Source: Candidatus Kapaibacterium sp.
Lineage (GTDB): Bacteria > Bacteroidota > Ignavibacteria > Kapaibacteriales > UBA2268
Assembly: GCA_963665665.1 (NCBI GenBank)
Contig: OY762428.1
Coordinates: forward strand, 4,288,001 to 4,352,000
DNA length: 64,000 nt
Direction: 5' to 3'
Shown: piece by piece, positions 46,799 through 57,945 of the stretch
Position numbering within the stretch: position 1 is the first letter of the stretch
How the letters are laid out: every line of letters starts with the position of its first letter
The notes under the pieces: model-generated
Databases searched by the model: none
Seen by the model: only the letters and a program-made list of their open reading frames with translations
Told to the model about the DNA's origin: nothing
Position numbers and translations under genes: made by a program

Positions 46799-47568
46799 CC
46801 TCCTACCAATCCGAGTAGAATCGTGATTGGTATTGATATTAACAACACGACAATAATAAAGGACAATGCGTTACTTAACCTTATCATCCAGGGCGTGAAT
46901 TTCGGCCCGTGGATTCCAAGAGTCTGGAAGCATGATTGAATGGCATGGCTCAGGTGGAAACCAAGCAGGACGACACCGATGATGTAAAGTATCGAAGAGA
47001 TAGGATCCTGGAATCCTTTTATAACCATGTAGTATGCATTATGTCTTTCCAGCAATACCTTGCCGTCTTCAACATGTTTGTATTTTGCATCCATGAATTC
47101 AATATCACCTTCGGCTTCAGCCTGGTAGTATTCGATATTGGATTCATAATATTCCTCATGCCCGTAGTTTTCGGGATGTATTGTTCCCGTAGTAAAGTGA
47201 AGAAGATGGTACACGAGGAAAGCAAAAATCATCAAACCGGTCCAGATCATAGTCCTGGCAGTTAGTTTTGCCCTTACATATTTTTTGATCTTATATTTTA
47301 CCGGTTTCGCGCCGCTATTCAATGCGAATAGCCTTATGGCGGTAATCACGTGCAGAACAAGGGAAAGGAAAAGAACTATCCTGATTATCCAGAGTAACTC
47401 GCCGAGCCCCTGGAGGAAGTGAGCATAGTGATTGAATGTTTCACTTCCAAGATAGATCTGTAAATTTCCAACGGTATGGCCTATAATGAAAAGTACCAGT
47501 AAAACACCGGTTGAAGCCATAACTACCTTGCTCAGTATGGTAGATTTTAGGAAATTAAGAAGTCCCAT
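46789..47568 (-). CDS. sdhC: Succinate dehydrogenase cytochrome b subunit (b558 type)
   Basis: [35 protein letters not shown]; five TM segments; upstream of sdhA. Confidence 0.93.
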   Translation of the reverse strand: MGLLNFLKSTILSKVVMASTGVLLVLFIIGHTVGNLQIYLGSETFNHYAHFLQGLGELLWIIRIVLFLSLVLHVITAIRLFALNSGAKPVKYKIKKYVRAKLTARTMIWTGLMIFAFLVYHLLHFTTGTIHPENYGHEEYYESNIEYYQAEAEGDIEFMDAKYKHVEDGKVLLERHNAYYMVIKGFQDPISSILYIIGVVLLGFHLSHAIQSCFQTLGIHGPKFTPWMIRLSNALSFIIVVLLISIPITILLGLVGGCL

Positions 47569-47900
47569 AACACCTTTTGTGGATAATTAATAAATAATTA
47601 ACTTTTGTCAAATTACTTACTTTCCGGGCCTTTTTTCGATACAGGATAATATTAAAGTGTAATTATTTCTTTTTAAGGAAATCAATGTTCAAATTATACT
47701 TTTCTTCTTGATACCATCCTGTAAATTAGTCTTACGTATGTTCAATTCCCCATACAGGTATATCTTCTATAAATTACAAAAAAGAAATTAAATTTTCAAG
47801 TAGATAGAATGCAGGTTTCGATTTGTTTTTGTTTTTAATTTTCGTATATAGTATCTTTTTTCATTTTAATAATTGAATAAAACCCTCGGAGCGGACATAA

Positions 47901-49472
47901 ATGGCACATAGAGAACAATGGGGAAGCAGAATAGGACTGATATTGGCAATGGCCGGCAATGCTGTCGGGCTTGGAAATTTCCTGAGATTTCCTGTTCAGG
48001 CTGCACAAAATGGCGGAGGTACTTTCATGATACCATATTTTGTGGCATTCCTTCTGCTTGCTATACCGCTAATGTGGGTGGAATGGACAATTGGACGACA
48101 TGGCGGAAAATACGGGCACGGTTCCCTTCCCGGAATGTTCCACGTACTCTGGAAGCATCCGGCAGCCAAATTTGTTGGTATGGTGGGGCTTTTTACCTCA
48201 ACGATTATTATGATTTACTATGCATATATTGAATCATGGACCCTTGGTTTTAGCTTTTTTTCAATTACTCAGGAATATTTCGGCTTTTCAGATTTTGTAT
48301 CTATGAGTGCTTTTGTGGATAGTTATCAAGGCGCCGGCGAAGGACATTTTTCCGGAATAGGCACATCTTACATATTTTTGCTAATTACTCTTGGTATGAA
48401 TTTCTTTATTCTTTACAAAGGGATTGCAAAGGGTATTGAATACTTCGCTAAAATTGCAATGCCCTTATTATTGCTTTTCGGTGTTTTTCTGGCTATCTGG
48501 GCATTTACAATTGGAACGCCCGATCCGGTGAATCATCCTGACTGGAGTGTAGGTCGGGGGTTCGCATTCCTCTGGAATCCAAATTTCGGAGAGCTTTCCA
48601 ATGCCTCGGTATGGCTTGCTGCTGCCGGCCAGGTATTTTTTACTCTGTCGGTTGGTATGGGTACTCTACAGGCTTATGCAAGTTATCTTGACAGCAAAGC
48701 AGATATTGCTCTTAGCGGATTATCCACGGCATCCCTGAATGAATTTGCAGAAGTAATTATTGGTGCTTCGATAGCAATTCCAATCGCTGTTGCATTTTTC
48801 GGGCTTGATGCCACAAAAGAAATAGCCAATGCAGGTTCCTACGATCTTGGTTTTGTTTCAATGCCGGTAATCTTTCAGAAGATTCCGGGTTTGGGTGCCT
48901 ATCTCGGGTTCCTCTGGTTTTTCCTCTTGTTTTTCGCAGGAATAACCTCATCTGTAGCTATGGCGCAGCCGATAATTTCCTTCCTGAAAGAACAATTTGA
49001 CTTTTCTCACAAGAAAGCAACTATCACCGTTGGCCTGATCGTATTTATATTTGTTCAATTTGTAGTGATATTTTTCGAAGGCGGTTTCCTATGGGAACTT
49101 GACTACTGGGCCGGAACTTTCGGGCTTGTTATTGTAGCCCTTATCGAAACAATTGTACTGGCATGGTTGTTCGGTATGGACAAAGCATGGGAAGAACTGA
49201 ATCGAGGGGCTGATATCCGTATACCTAAAATTTTCTATTTCATTATTAAATACGTTACTCCTGTCTACCTTTTCATAATATTAATTTACTGGTCTGCAAC
49301 CGAAGCCTGGGATCAGTTAATGCTGAAAGGAATTCCAGCCGATGAAGTTCCCTACAGGTGGGGGGCACGTGCCATGCTGATAGTTTTTGGGGTCGGGCTG
49401 CTGATTATGATCTACAAAGCATGGAAGCGTAATGGCGATAAATTTATATCAGATAAAAAAATAAAAGATTAA
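47901..49472 (+). CDS. Sodium-dependent NSS/SNF-family transporter
   Basis: REQWGSRIG, AGNAVGLGNFLRFP, GGGTFMIPY, AAGQVFFTLSVG. Confidence 0.95.
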   Translation: MAHREQWGSRIGLILAMAGNAVGLGNFLRFPVQAAQNGGGTFMIPYFVAFLLLAIPLMWVEWTIGRHGGKYGHGSLPGMFHVLWKHPAAKFVGMVGLFTSTIIMIYYAYIESWTLGFSFFSITQEYFGFSDFVSMSAFVDSYQGAGEGHFSGIGTSYIFLLITLGMNFFILYKGIAKGIEYFAKIAMPLLLLFGVFLAIWAFTIGTPDPVNHPDWSVGRGFAFLWNPNFGELSNASVWLAAAGQVFFTLSVGMGTLQAYASYLDSKADIALSGLSTASLNEFAEVIIGASIAIPIAVAFFGLDATKEIANAGSYDLGFVSMPVIFQKIPGLGAYLGFLWFFLLFFAGITSSVAMAQPIISFLKEQFDFSHKKATITVGLIVFIFVQFVVIFFEGGFLWELDYWAGTFGLVIVALIETIVLAWLFGMDKAWEELNRGADIRIPKIFYFIIKYVTPVYLFIILIYWSATEAWDQLMLKGIPADEVPYRWGARAMLIVFGVGLLIMIYKAWKRNGDKFISDKKIKD

Positions 49473-49488
49473 TCGGGGAATGATTACT

Positions 49489-49608
49489 ATGGAATACATG
49501 ACAACCGAAGGAATTATTTTTCTCTCCGTTTGCTGGGCTGCTGTCAGCTTTTTGGTGATTTTTTGCCTTGTAAAAGTAATGAAATCCGGAGGAGATAAAA
49601 TAAAATAA
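49489..49608 (+). CDS. Small single-TM protein, MetS-like NSS transporter small subunit
   Basis: MEYMTTEGIIFLSVCWAAVSFLVIFCLVKVMKSGGDKIK* with a GGGGA RBS, directly after the NSS gene; too short for the ORF track. Confidence 0.7.
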   Translation: MEYMTTEGIIFLSVCWAAVSFLVIFCLVKVMKSGGDKIK

Positions 49609-49829
49609 TTATGCCCTGAAATTAATTAAAATATGTTTTATGCTACTGCGTACATTCTAACAGTTGCGAATATTAGCCATTTTTGTTATCTTGTTAATAT
49701 TGATTTTTGAATTTATGAATATTTAAATAATATTATTGTAAGTGCTTGAATTTTAATAAGGAAATATAATTGCAGGCTGTATGGAAAAAATGATACCGGT
49801 TTTTTGAAGAATATTAGAGAAGTTTTTAT

Positions 49830-52058
49830 ATGTACAAGAATAAAATTAGGGTTATTACTCTTGTTCTGATTGCAGTTACCGGTGTATTTATAACCGCCTG
49901 CCAGCATTGGGATAACTTTACAACTTATTTCAACACTTATTACAATATGGAACGCCTGATGGGCGAGTGTGAGAATGAGTTTGAATTTGTTGAAGAGAAG
50001 AAACGCGTAACACCAAGAATATTAGTTCCCGAACCTGTTATTTACGTGCCTGCTGTTAGTAAGATAGGCCCTCCGGACTTCATGAAGGATCTTATTATCA
50101 GGCAGCAACAAAGGCAACCGGTTGATATAAAACTGGATTCAATTCTTATTAAGGGTTCGAAGGTTATTGCCAAGCACCCCAAAAGTGATTATATTCAGGG
50201 AACACTTTTCCTTATGGCAAAAACTTATTTTTATAAAAATGAATGGCTTCCTTCCCAGATAAAATGCAGCGAACTGATAGATAAATTTCCTGATGGTGAT
50301 TTTTCACCTGATGCACATTTGCTTATGGCAAAGAATTATCTGATCCAGAGGAAATTCGTTGTTGGAAAAACCATTCTTTCCAGAACAGTAGATATTGCAT
50401 GGCAAAAGAAAAGATATGATATTTTGTCAGATGCTTTCAGGCTGGAAGCAGAACTGGCTCTTTTCCTGAATGAAAAAGAAGATGCCCTGCGTCCGTACAG
50501 GCAGGCAATTGCCCAGACCGATGATCAGCTTATGAAAGCCAAATGGCAGGTTGAACTTGCCTCGCTTATGTTTCGAATGTCAATGTTCGAAAGGGCAGAA
50601 AGAGCTTTTCGGAAGGTTCATAATTATTCACCTGATTACCTTGCTGAATATGAAGCCTATCTTTACCAGGCATCCTGTCTGGACCGTCTTGGCCGCTTTA
50701 ACGAAGCCGCAGAACTTCTTGAAGAACTTGAAGACGACGGAAAATGGGAAGAATGGATGGGAAATACTTTTGCCGAAAGGATCAATAGCGTCAGGATGAA
50801 ACTGATCCTGAAGGACAGCCTTAAACTGGCTGATGTTAAACGTCAGGATCTTGACAATGCAGAAAAATTTGCTGATTCCGCATATATTGGTAACGGGGCT
50901 ATCACTTCGGCATATTTTGAAATTGGAATGGATTATTTCGGAGAGAAAGATTACCTTAACTCAAGAACCTATTTTGCCAGGGCCAAATCCGTTAAATCCC
51001 CGATTTACAGAACTGCTGAAAAATTGTATCACCTGCTTAATCTCTGGGATTCAAAAAAGAATTTTGTAATTCCCAACCTTATGAAATATTATAACGGAAA
51101 ATCAATTTCAGATTCTTCAGCTTCACTTCTTGCTATGAATTGCTTCGAATTCGGACGTGCTCACGAGCAGCTTGGTAATCCCGATTCGGCATTGGTCTTT
51201 TATAAGATTGCCGCCGAAGTTACACCCAGGCGTGAAGATGAGTCCGCAAGATACTTATATTCCTGGGCAAGGATGGTAAGGGATTCAAACTATTACCAGG
51301 CTGATTCAATCCTGGATGTTGTGGTAAATGATTATCCATTTACCGATTTTGGAAAAGATGCTGCTTCAAGGCTTGGATATACAAATGAATTTGTTGTTGA
51401 TACAGTCAGGGAATTATATTTTTCCGGGGACAGGCTTAGAAAGTTCGGCGATCATAAATTTGCTCTGACTCAATTTAAAAAATTATTTAACACATATCCG
51501 GAATCTGAATATGCTCCAAAGGCATTGTATTCTACCGGCTGGATATGGGAACGGGAATATTTCCCGGCCGATACAACCATAGTAACAGCCGACAGTGCCC
51601 TTTATTATTATCAAATGTTGATTGAGCGATACCCTGCTTCGGAATATGCAGAGGATGTCAGGATAGCTGTTAATTACCTGCTTGCCCTTAGAAGCGGGGA
51701 ACCAATTCCGGACTCATTGAAAGTAAAACAGGTTGTAAGGCAAAAACCGGTTAAAAAGAAATTTGACATATCAGATCAACAGAAAATTAACGATATAAAA
51801 AATAATAAGGTTAAGAAAAGCCCTTCCATACTTGATCAGCCCAAAGGATTGCTGAACGGAATGAAAAATCTGATAAGTAATCCATCCGAGGCGGTAGAAA
51901 AGAGCGATCTGGAGAATAGTTTAAAACTTCCGGATATGCCGGAAAACCCTTTGAATATTTTTAAGTCTGATGATGAAGAAAAAAAGAAATCAGATGATAA
52001 ATCAAAGGAAAAGAAAGAGAATGAACAAACAGTGCCGGACAGCACTAAAAAGAAATAG
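49830..52058 (+). CDS. TPR lipoprotein, PorW/SprE-like
   Basis: Lipobox FITAC followed by NFTTYFNTYYN; many TPR and YPxSxYA motifs; Lys-rich tail. Confidence 0.7.
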   Translation: MYKNKIRVITLVLIAVTGVFITACQHWDNFTTYFNTYYNMERLMGECENEFEFVEEKKRVTPRILVPEPVIYVPAVSKIGPPDFMKDLIIRQQQRQPVDIKLDSILIKGSKVIAKHPKSDYIQGTLFLMAKTYFYKNEWLPSQIKCSELIDKFPDGDFSPDAHLLMAKNYLIQRKFVVGKTILSRTVDIAWQKKRYDILSDAFRLEAELALFLNEKEDALRPYRQAIAQTDDQLMKAKWQVELASLMFRMSMFERAERAFRKVHNYSPDYLAEYEAYLYQASCLDRLGRFNEAAELLEELEDDGKWEEWMGNTFAERINSVRMKLILKDSLKLADVKRQDLDNAEKFADSAYIGNGAITSAYFEIGMDYFGEKDYLNSRTYFARAKSVKSPIYRTAEKLYHLLNLWDSKKNFVIPNLMKYYNGKSISDSSASLLAMNCFEFGRAHEQLGNPDSALVFYKIAAEVTPRREDESARYLYSWARMVRDSNYYQADSILDVVVNDYPFTDFGKDAASRLGYTNEFVVDTVRELYFSGDRLRKFGDHKFALTQFKKLFNTYPESEYAPKALYSTGWIWEREYFPADTTIVTADSALYYYQMLIERYPASEYAEDVRIAVNYLLALRSGEPIPDSLKVKQVVRQKPVKKKFDISDQQKINDIKNNKVKKSPSILDQPKGLLNGMKNLISNPSEAVEKSDLENSLKLPDMPENPLNIFKSDDEEKKKSDDKSKEKKENEQTVPDSTKKK

Positions 52059-52083
52059 TATTTAATTAATTGCAGGCTTATTA

Positions 52084-53190
52084 ATGACTAATATTGAAGA
52101 TGATTCAACAACCGGGATAAGGCAGTTAAAGAAACAATTAGCCTGGTATAAATCATTTTTTGAAAAAGCAACTGATGCAGTATTTATTGTTCAACCCGAA
52201 ACCTGGGGTGTGCTCGATGCCAATGAGTATGCTGCGGCACTTCTTGGAGCTTCACGCGAGAATCTGATAGGCTCTACACTTCCCCAATTCCGAAGAATAT
52301 TCAAGTTATTAAAGAAATCCAGTTCCCCGATAGTATTAAGTGAACTTTCTCTCGATACACCGGACAATCCGAATCTGATGGTTGAGGTTAGTGCCAGATT
52401 CCTTGACCACGAAGGCCAAAGGCTGATTCAGGCTATTGCACGTGATGTTAGTGAACAGCATGCCCTTACTGATAAGCTTGTACAAGCCGATAAATTAGTT
52501 CTTTTGGGCCAGCTTTCTGCAGGTGTTGCCCATGAGATAAAAAACCCTCTTGCAGCTGTTAATCTGAACCTGCAAATATTGAAAAGAAAAGCTAATGATG
52601 ATTCTCCAGAATATTCTTATATCAAAACTGCTCTTCAGGGAGTGGACAGGATTAGTAAAATTGTTGAAGTAACCCTGAACTTTTCAAGGCCTACAATGCC
52701 CGATGTGCAAAGTTTGAGCCTCAATGCACTGATTCCTCAGGTGCTTGACCTTGTGGCATCAGTAATAAAACGTAAAGATATTCAGGTTGATTTTAATCCT
52801 GACAAGGACCTGCCGGAAGTTTCTGCCGATGGAAAACAAATGCAGCAGGTTTTTATTAATCTTCTTACCAATGCTGCTGATTCTATTCAGAATAAGGGAA
52901 ATATTTCTATCAGAACATATAGGGAAAAGGCATCAAGGCTTGGAGACGGAGAATTTGCAGTTGTTTCGGTTATAGATAATGGAATTGGTATTTCTCCGGA
53001 AGATCTGCCGAAAATTTTTAACCCATTCTTTACGAGAAAAGCTGAGGGAACCGGCCTGGGGCTACCTATAACTCAAAGAATATTGCACCAGCACAATGGT
53101 ATTATAGATGTAGAAAGTATTGTAGGAAAAGGTACTACATTTTACGTTAAATTACCAATTATTGAAGACGATATTGAAATAAATGATTAA
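52084..53190 (+). CDS. Cytoplasmic PAS histidine kinase
   Basis: PAS (FFEKATDAVFIV, ARDVSE), H-box AGVAHEIKNPL, DNGIGI, GTGLGL; no TM segment. Confidence 0.93.
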   Translation: MTNIEDDSTTGIRQLKKQLAWYKSFFEKATDAVFIVQPETWGVLDANEYAAALLGASRENLIGSTLPQFRRIFKLLKKSSSPIVLSELSLDTPDNPNLMVEVSARFLDHEGQRLIQAIARDVSEQHALTDKLVQADKLVLLGQLSAGVAHEIKNPLAAVNLNLQILKRKANDDSPEYSYIKTALQGVDRISKIVEVTLNFSRPTMPDVQSLSLNALIPQVLDLVASVIKRKDIQVDFNPDKDLPEVSADGKQMQQVFINLLTNAADSIQNKGNISIRTYREKASRLGDGEFAVVSVIDNGIGISPEDLPKIFNPFFTRKAEGTGLGLPITQRILHQHNGIIDVESIVGKGTTFYVKLPIIEDDIEIND

Positions 53191-53214
53191 ATAAATAATT
53201 TATAGCAGAGTTTT

Positions 53215-54639
53215 ATGGCTAAACAGCATTACACGATAGTTGTGATTGAGGATGACCCACTGGTGAATTCAACAGTAAGGGATATTTTATCAGAAAAATT
53301 CAACAGGGTAGAAACATTTACAGATTCGAGAAAAGCCCAGGAAGATCTCCATCTGATAGGGCCTGACTTGATTTTGCTTGATATTTTTCTTGGCCATGAT
53401 AACGGCCTGGATATTCTGGAACAGCTTCGTAAGCAGGGATATACTATGCCCGTGATTATGATGACAGCTTTTTCGGATATAAAAATGGCTGTTAGGGCAA
53501 TGAAACTTGGTGCCGAGGATTTTATTGTTAAGCCTCTTGACCTTGAACAGCTGGAAGTTGCCGTAGACAGAGCATTGCAGAATTATGACCTTCGGCGTCA
53601 GGTAGATCTGCTTTCCGAACAATTAAAGAAGGAACAGCCTGATGAAATTCTGGGTTCTTCCGATGGTATGATGAAGGCTATGGATATGGCAAAAATTATA
53701 TCCGGTGCCGAAGATACCACCGTACTTATCCTCGGTGAATCAGGAACAGGTAAGGAACTGATGGCAAGGTACATCCATACCAACTCGCCCAGGGAAAGAG
53801 GTCCGTTCGTAACAATTAACTGCGGTGCTATTCCCCGGGAATTAGCCGAAAACGAACTTTTCGGATATGAGAGGGGAGCATTTACAGGTGCAACCGAAAA
53901 AATCAAACAGGGGAAGTTTGAACAGGCACAGCATGGTACTATACTTTTTGATGAAATTGGTGAATTGAGTTTGGATTTACAAGTAAAATTATTGAGAGTA
54001 CTGCAGGAAAGAAAATTTTACAGGCTCGGCGGAGCTAAAGAAATATCGGTGGATGTCAGGGTTTTGGCTTCAACAAATAAAAGCCTTGAAAAACTTGTTG
54101 AAGAGGAAAAGTTCCGAGAGGATTTATTCTACAGGCTGAATGTGGCAAGGATCGAGTTGCCGCCGCTTCGGGACCGTGGCGATGACGTATTGATGATAGC
54201 TACCTCGTTCCTTAATGAGTTCAATAAAAAATTTGGTAAGAATATTACAGGATTTTCGCCTGAAGCTGCTGATTTTATGGCTAATTATCCATGGAAGGGT
54301 AATATTCGGGAACTGAGAAACTGTATTGAACGCGTTGCACTGCTTGAAACAGGTGATCTGATAGTTAAGGATTCTCTTAGTTTCCTGAAATCTGCTTCAA
54401 TAGAAAGGACTTCTCCTGAACACGGAAGAATTGAATTAAGAGAGGGGCAACATTATTTGAAAGTGTCATCTACCGGTGCTCCAATGGGTGATGTTCTGAA
54501 AGACCTGATTATTCAGGTGTTGAAAATTACAGGCGGAAACCAGATAAAAGCCGCGAAACTTCTCGGAATTTCAAGAGCTAAGCTAAGGTATAGAATAGAG
54601 CAGCTTGGAATTAATATTTCAGGGAAAAATATATCCTAA
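53215..54639 (+). CDS. Sigma-54-dependent response regulator (NtrC family)
   Basis: Receiver, GESGTGKE, GAFTGA, FDEIGE, WKGNIRELRN, Fis-type HTH. Confidence 0.95.
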   Translation: MAKQHYTIVVIEDDPLVNSTVRDILSEKFNRVETFTDSRKAQEDLHLIGPDLILLDIFLGHDNGLDILEQLRKQGYTMPVIMMTAFSDIKMAVRAMKLGAEDFIVKPLDLEQLEVAVDRALQNYDLRRQVDLLSEQLKKEQPDEILGSSDGMMKAMDMAKIISGAEDTTVLILGESGTGKELMARYIHTNSPRERGPFVTINCGAIPRELAENELFGYERGAFTGATEKIKQGKFEQAQHGTILFDEIGELSLDLQVKLLRVLQERKFYRLGGAKEISVDVRVLASTNKSLEKLVEEEKFREDLFYRLNVARIELPPLRDRGDDVLMIATSFLNEFNKKFGKNITGFSPEAADFMANYPWKGNIRELRNCIERVALLETGDLIVKDSLSFLKSASIERTSPEHGRIELREGQHYLKVSSTGAPMGDVLKDLIIQVLKITGGNQIKAAKLLGISRAKLRYRIEQLGINISGKNIS

Positions 54640-54818
54640 AACTGATTCTTATCAGGATTTTTCGGTTATTTTATATTTTTTTGTAATTATTAAATAAATT
54701 TATTTGTCTTATTAATTGTTTTTTTATATCTTTACCATACTTGTTATCAATTTCACAGTTGCTGTTATTGATATTCCCGAGAACTGAGTATTTCACTGAA
54801 TAAAATACGGGGAAGAAA

Positions 54819-56108
54819 ATGGATTCAACACAGGCAATAATCGAGCTCACGGAAAATGTTGACCCGGAAGTCAGAAAACTGGCTGCAGAATATTTAATCA
54901 CTACTGATGATAGAAATATACATATTATAGATGCCCTGGCAAAAGGACTCAGCGATAGTGAAAGCGGAGTTAAAGATATTTGTTTCAGGGGATTGGCATC
55001 AATGGGCGGTGACTATGCCCTGGAAACTGCAAAGGTGGTATCGAAGATAATAATTAATGATAATATCGAGCTGAGAAATCTAGCGGGAGATATTCTGCTA
55101 AAACTCGGCCATGATTCTGCTGTTGCCCTTCTTCCTTATCTGAATGATTCTGATCAGGATGTTAGGAAATATGCTTGTGATATTATCGGCCTTGTTGGTG
55201 ATGAAACAATGATTGAAAGCATTATCCTGCTTGATAAAGATGAGGATCCTAATGTTGTCGCATCTGTTTTTGAAGCTCTTGGCAATATTGGTTCCGAATC
55301 ATCAATAGACTATTTAAAAGCTCAGCTTGACCTGAACGAAGACCTCCAACCACTAATTTTAGAAGCTATCGGAAAAATCGGAGGCCAGGATGCACAAAGA
55401 TTTCTGCTTGACAAGTTGAAAGATACTTCGGATATATTCCTGCAATCTGCTTGTATTGATGCTTTGGCATTCAGTGCCGAGGATTCGGGTATTTGCGATC
55501 TGCTGATGGATGAACTACCTAATGCTCCGGAAAATATGAAAGTTATTTTGCTGAAAACTATTATTGCCATAGCATTCAGGCAGGAAAGGCAAATAGTTCT
55601 TCCGAAGAATTTAAGATATATAGCACGAGAAGCTCTGATTGATGACGACGACGATATCAGGATGGCAGGCCTGTTTTCTTTGGGAAATGATTATTTTGCC
55701 GAAGATATTCCGGGGCTGGCTTTCGAAATGAAGCAAAATAACCCTGATACAAGGCAGATGATTTTATATAACATTCTGATGAGCGGGAATCACGAACTCA
55801 TTTCTGAATTTTTCTCTGAAATAATAACTCCCATGGATGTTGATAATCACAATGTAGATGTTTTATCTGATATGATCATTCTTTCTGAAGAGATGCAACC
55901 TGAAAGCATAGAGTCATCTTTGATGTCTGTTTCGAAAGTATTGTTGCTAAATCCAAGAGGGCATCTTGAAGAAATCTTTGAATTAATGCTAAGAATTAAC
56001 TATAATATGACGATAAAAATTCTAAAAGAGATCTTTGATAAAGGGAATAATGATATTAAGATCGAGATAAATCAACTATTAAATGCTTTGGGAATAGATG
56101 ATTTTTAA
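54819..56108 (+). CDS. HEAT-repeat protein of the chemosensory cluster
   Basis: Repeated LxDxDxxVRxxAxxxLGxIG units. Confidence 0.85.
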   Translation: MDSTQAIIELTENVDPEVRKLAAEYLITTDDRNIHIIDALAKGLSDSESGVKDICFRGLASMGGDYALETAKVVSKIIINDNIELRNLAGDILLKLGHDSAVALLPYLNDSDQDVRKYACDIIGLVGDETMIESIILLDKDEDPNVVASVFEALGNIGSESSIDYLKAQLDLNEDLQPLILEAIGKIGGQDAQRFLLDKLKDTSDIFLQSACIDALAFSAEDSGICDLLMDELPNAPENMKVILLKTIIAIAFRQERQIVLPKNLRYIAREALIDDDDDIRMAGLFSLGNDYFAEDIPGLAFEMKQNNPDTRQMILYNILMSGNHELISEFFSEIITPMDVDNHNVDVLSDMIILSEEMQPESIESSLMSVSKVLLLNPRGHLEEIFELMLRINYNMTIKILKEIFDKGNNDIKIEINQLLNALGIDDF

Positions 56109-56224
56109 CAATTTTGGGCTATTTTGCTGCCTGAAATTATTATTTTTGATTTGAACGGTAAAAATTAATATTTTTGCCTGAGTATTAAGCGGAATCTGAT
56201 ATACTTATATGAAAGCGCTTTTAT

Positions 56225-57136
56225 ATGGCTTCTGATTTATTTAAATTCAAATTCAACAGGCCACAGGGCGGAGCCGCCGGAATGAACCGCTCCAAACCGA
56301 CTGATGCCGTAATGGGAGACGCATCATTCGAAAGATTGAGAAAGTTGATATACGATAAGAGCGGTATATATTACAATGAAAGTAAAAAATATCTTCTGGA
56401 GGGAAGGGTAGCGAAAAGACTCAGTTCCCTGAATATTAATGATTTTGATGAGTATATCGATCTTATCAGCGCTGTTACCGGAAAGAATGAATTAGTTGAG
56501 TTGTTCAAAGTTATTACTATAAATGAAACATATTTTTTCAGGGCTCCCCAACAATTTGAAGCTTTTGAAAATATTATTGTTCCTGAAATAATCAAAAACA
56601 AGTCTACCGGTTTCAGGCCTGTTTTCAGAATTTGGAGTGCCGCTTCTTCTACAGGGGAGGAAGCTTATACATTAGCCATATTGATTAATGAAAAATTTAA
56701 GCCAATGTATCCCAACGTACAGTTCCAGGTTCTCGCAAGCGATATTAGCGAAAATGTACTTCAGCAGGCCAGGAAAGGTATCTATAAGGAATATTCGATC
56801 AGAAATATTCCACAGCCCTATTTAAAAAAGTATTTTCGCCAAAACGGTTCTTCATACATTATCAGCGATGAAATAAAGAAAATGGTAAAATTCATGAACA
56901 TAAATCTTTATGATTCCTCTATGATGAATACTGTTGCCGGTTGCGATGTTATATTTTGCTGCAATGTACTTATATATTTTGATATTCCTTCCAAGCAGGT
57001 TGTTGTGTCCAATCTGTATAACTCACTGAACAAAGGGGGGTATCTTTTAATCGGTTATTCCGAATCATTGCACGGTGTAAGCAAAGCCTTTCGCCTTGTT
57101 CACTTGCCAAAAGCCATGGTTTACAAAAAGGATTAA
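56225..57136 (+). CDS. cheR: Chemotaxis methyltransferase
   Basis: ITINETYFFR, IWSAASSTGEEAY, DVIFCCNVLIYF, GYSES. Confidence 0.95.
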   Translation: MASDLFKFKFNRPQGGAAGMNRSKPTDAVMGDASFERLRKLIYDKSGIYYNESKKYLLEGRVAKRLSSLNINDFDEYIDLISAVTGKNELVELFKVITINETYFFRAPQQFEAFENIIVPEIIKNKSTGFRPVFRIWSAASSTGEEAYTLAILINEKFKPMYPNVQFQVLASDISENVLQQARKGIYKEYSIRNIPQPYLKKYFRQNGSSYIISDEIKKMVKFMNINLYDSSMMNTVAGCDVIFCCNVLIYFDIPSKQVVVSNLYNSLNKGGYLLIGYSESLHGVSKAFRLVHLPKAMVYKKD

Positions 57137-57157
57137 AAAAAACGGAAGAAATTAATC

Positions 57158-57526
57158 ATGCAAAAAACAATATTAGTAGCAGAAGATTCAGCATCAGTAA
57201 GGAAATTTATCAATCTATCACTGAAGCTCCAGGGGTATAAAATTATTACAGCAGTTGACGGTATGGATGCCCTTGAAAAGTTACCCGGACTGAATATTGA
57301 CCTTTTGATTACGGATTTGAATATGCCCAATATTGACGGGCTTAAACTTATTCGAACTGTCAGAGAGAATCCGGAATATAAGAATCTTCCGATTATCATT
57401 CTGTCTTCACTTTCAAAGGATGAGGATATTCAGAAAGGCCTTGAAGCCGGTGCTAATTCATACCTGATAAAACCCTTCAATAGTAAAAGGGTTCAGTATG
57501 AAGTTTCTAAATATTTGATCGATTAA
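57158..57526 (+). CDS. CheY-like response regulator
   Basis: ILVAEDS, ITDLNMPNIDG, LIKPF. Confidence 0.9.
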   Translation: MQKTILVAEDSASVRKFINLSLKLQGYKIITAVDGMDALEKLPGLNIDLLITDLNMPNIDGLKLIRTVRENPEYKNLPIIILSSLSKDEDIQKGLEAGANSYLIKPFNSKRVQYEVSKYLID

Positions 57527-57557
57527 AATTTATTTATAAAATAAAAGGATAGTAATA

Positions 57558-57932
57558 ATGAAATTCTTAGTTGTGGATGACTCGCCAACCATGAGAAGAA
57601 TAGTTATCAATGCATTATCAAGTTTCGGCTTTAAAGAAGTTGTTGAGGCAGAAGACGGCAGGGAAGCATTGGATAAGCTTAAGTCTGAATCAGTTGATTT
57701 TGTGATTACTGACTGGAATATGCCCAACATGACAGGCCTGGAACTTACAAAAGCAATAAGGGCTGACGGCAGCCTTAGTCATTTGCCAATTTTAATGGTA
57801 ACTACCAGGGGGCTAAAGCAGGATATTGTCGAGGCTTTGAAAGCAAAAGCAAATAATTACGTTGTAAAGCCTTTTACACCGCAAGTATTAAAAGAAAAAA
57901 TTGCTGCTGTTTTAAAATCTATTCAAAAGTAA
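57558..57932 (+). CDS. cheY: Chemotaxis response regulator
   Basis: FLVVDDSPTMRRIV, ITDWNMPNMTG, LPILMVT, YVVKPFT. Confidence 0.93.
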   Translation: MKFLVVDDSPTMRRIVINALSSFGFKEVVEAEDGREALDKLKSESVDFVITDWNMPNMTGLELTKAIRADGSLSHLPILMVTTRGLKQDIVEALKAKANNYVVKPFTPQVLKEKIAAVLKSIQK

Positions 57933-57945
57933 TACAAGGTAGGAA

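Noticed and set aside
56115-56132. Sigma-54 promoter before cheR (GG-N10-GC)
   Set aside because: Spacing fits, but the flanks match TGGCAC/TTGC poorly.
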